A DNA stretch of 64,000 nt from Mageeibacillus sp. UBA1212 (lineage in GTDB: Bacteria; Bacillota; Clostridia; UBA1212): contig DBXM01000002.1 in NCBI GenBank assembly GCA_002309655.1, forward strand, positions 12,960 to 76,959, written 5' to 3'. Position 1 is the first letter of the stretch. Every line of letters starts with the position of its first letter. Positions 63,771 to 64,000 of this stretch are shown here, piece after piece. The position numbers and the translations under genes are program-made. Under the pieces are notes generated by a model. That model saw only the letters and a program-made list of their open reading frames with translations, was not told the DNA's origin and ran no database searches.

Positions 63771-64000
63771 TTCAAACGCCCCCCCTCTTTGGGAAGTTCC
63801 GCCTGTCTTTCAAGGGAACCGGCCGCTCCAACGTCAAGGGAATCCGCCGCTTCAACTTCAACGGAAGGTCCGTCATCCGGGTCAAAAGAACCAGCCGCAC
63901 CACCCTCATTTAAAGAAGTAGCGCCCTCCGAAACGTCCGCCCCGCATTCCGCCAATATCTCCTTGTTGTCCAGCCTCTGAAGCACCTTCCGGTAGCCGCC
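63771..64000 (-). promoter_or_regulatory. Partial T-box-like leader upstream of hisZ (antiterminator-like AAATGAGGGTGGTGCGGCTGG at 63891-63911), truncated by the window edge
   Basis: Minus-strand sequence resembles the T-box consensus AATTAGGGTGGTACCGCGG. Specifier loop and stem I would lie beyond 64000. Confidence 0.3.

Noticed and set aside
63734-63985. 83-aa minus ORF overlapping hisZ start, and a possible frameshift at the C7 homopolymer (63779-63785) that would extend HisZ N-terminally (LPKEGG...)
   Set aside because: The G-run read on the minus strand is a good Shine-Dalgarno (AAGAGGGGGGG) placed 8 nt before the GTG start.
The upstream frame has no start codon near the LPK motif.
The region looks like a T-box leader.
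An indel error cannot be fully excluded without reads.

Overview
This is a 64 kb high-GC (~60%) chromosomal window from a Firmicutes/Clostridia-type anaerobe, probably a gut Oscillospiraceae/Ruminococcaceae-like organism. Most real genes lie on the minus strand, and the long plus-strand ORFs antisense to them are artefacts.

Conserved housekeeping content:
- def-fmt-rlmN, then a ~310 bp leader, then stp-prkC-rsgA-rpe.
- hisS, and a complete histidine operon hisZ-G-D-C-B-H-A-F-IE whose upstream region carries a T-box-like motif cut by the window edge.
- An mreB-like gene, rqcH, tRNA-Lys(TTT) and tRNA-Arg(CCG).

Accessory content:
- An intracellular glycan-trimming set: GH20 hexosaminidase, GH29 fucosidase and a PfkB kinase, plus GH78 rhamnosidase, a GH63/GH37-like hydrolase and an orphan sugar-binding lipoprotein.
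- Stress modules: Asp23-AmaP-DUF2273, ctsR-nnr with a CtsR box, and an oxidative-stress island (TIGR03905, PNPOx-like, MarR, desulfoferrodoxin, rubrerythrin) whose sigma-A promoter is overlapped by a perfect 24-bp palindrome.

Least explained pieces:
1. A divergent XRE repressor + ImmA/IrrE metalloprotease pair whose paired palindromic operators sit inside the promoter of a Y-family DNA polymerase-YolD cassette, with no LexA box. This looks like a LexA-independent damage switch.
2. A co-directional cluster of zinc-ribbon and uncharacterised proteins that includes a free-standing PolC-like fragment. The cluster is marked by two identical 35-bp direct repeats (one downstream of the cluster, one internal after the PolC-like gene) bracketing four of its genes.
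3. Tandem paralogous membrane glycosyltransferases (GT-C fold with an N-terminal CBM-like domain) next to a beta-helical bactofilin/DUF4097-like protein.
4. A phased A-tract tandem-repeat array upstream of a DMT transporter promoter.
5. Recurring phased TTGTRAC direct repeats in two unrelated promoter regions.
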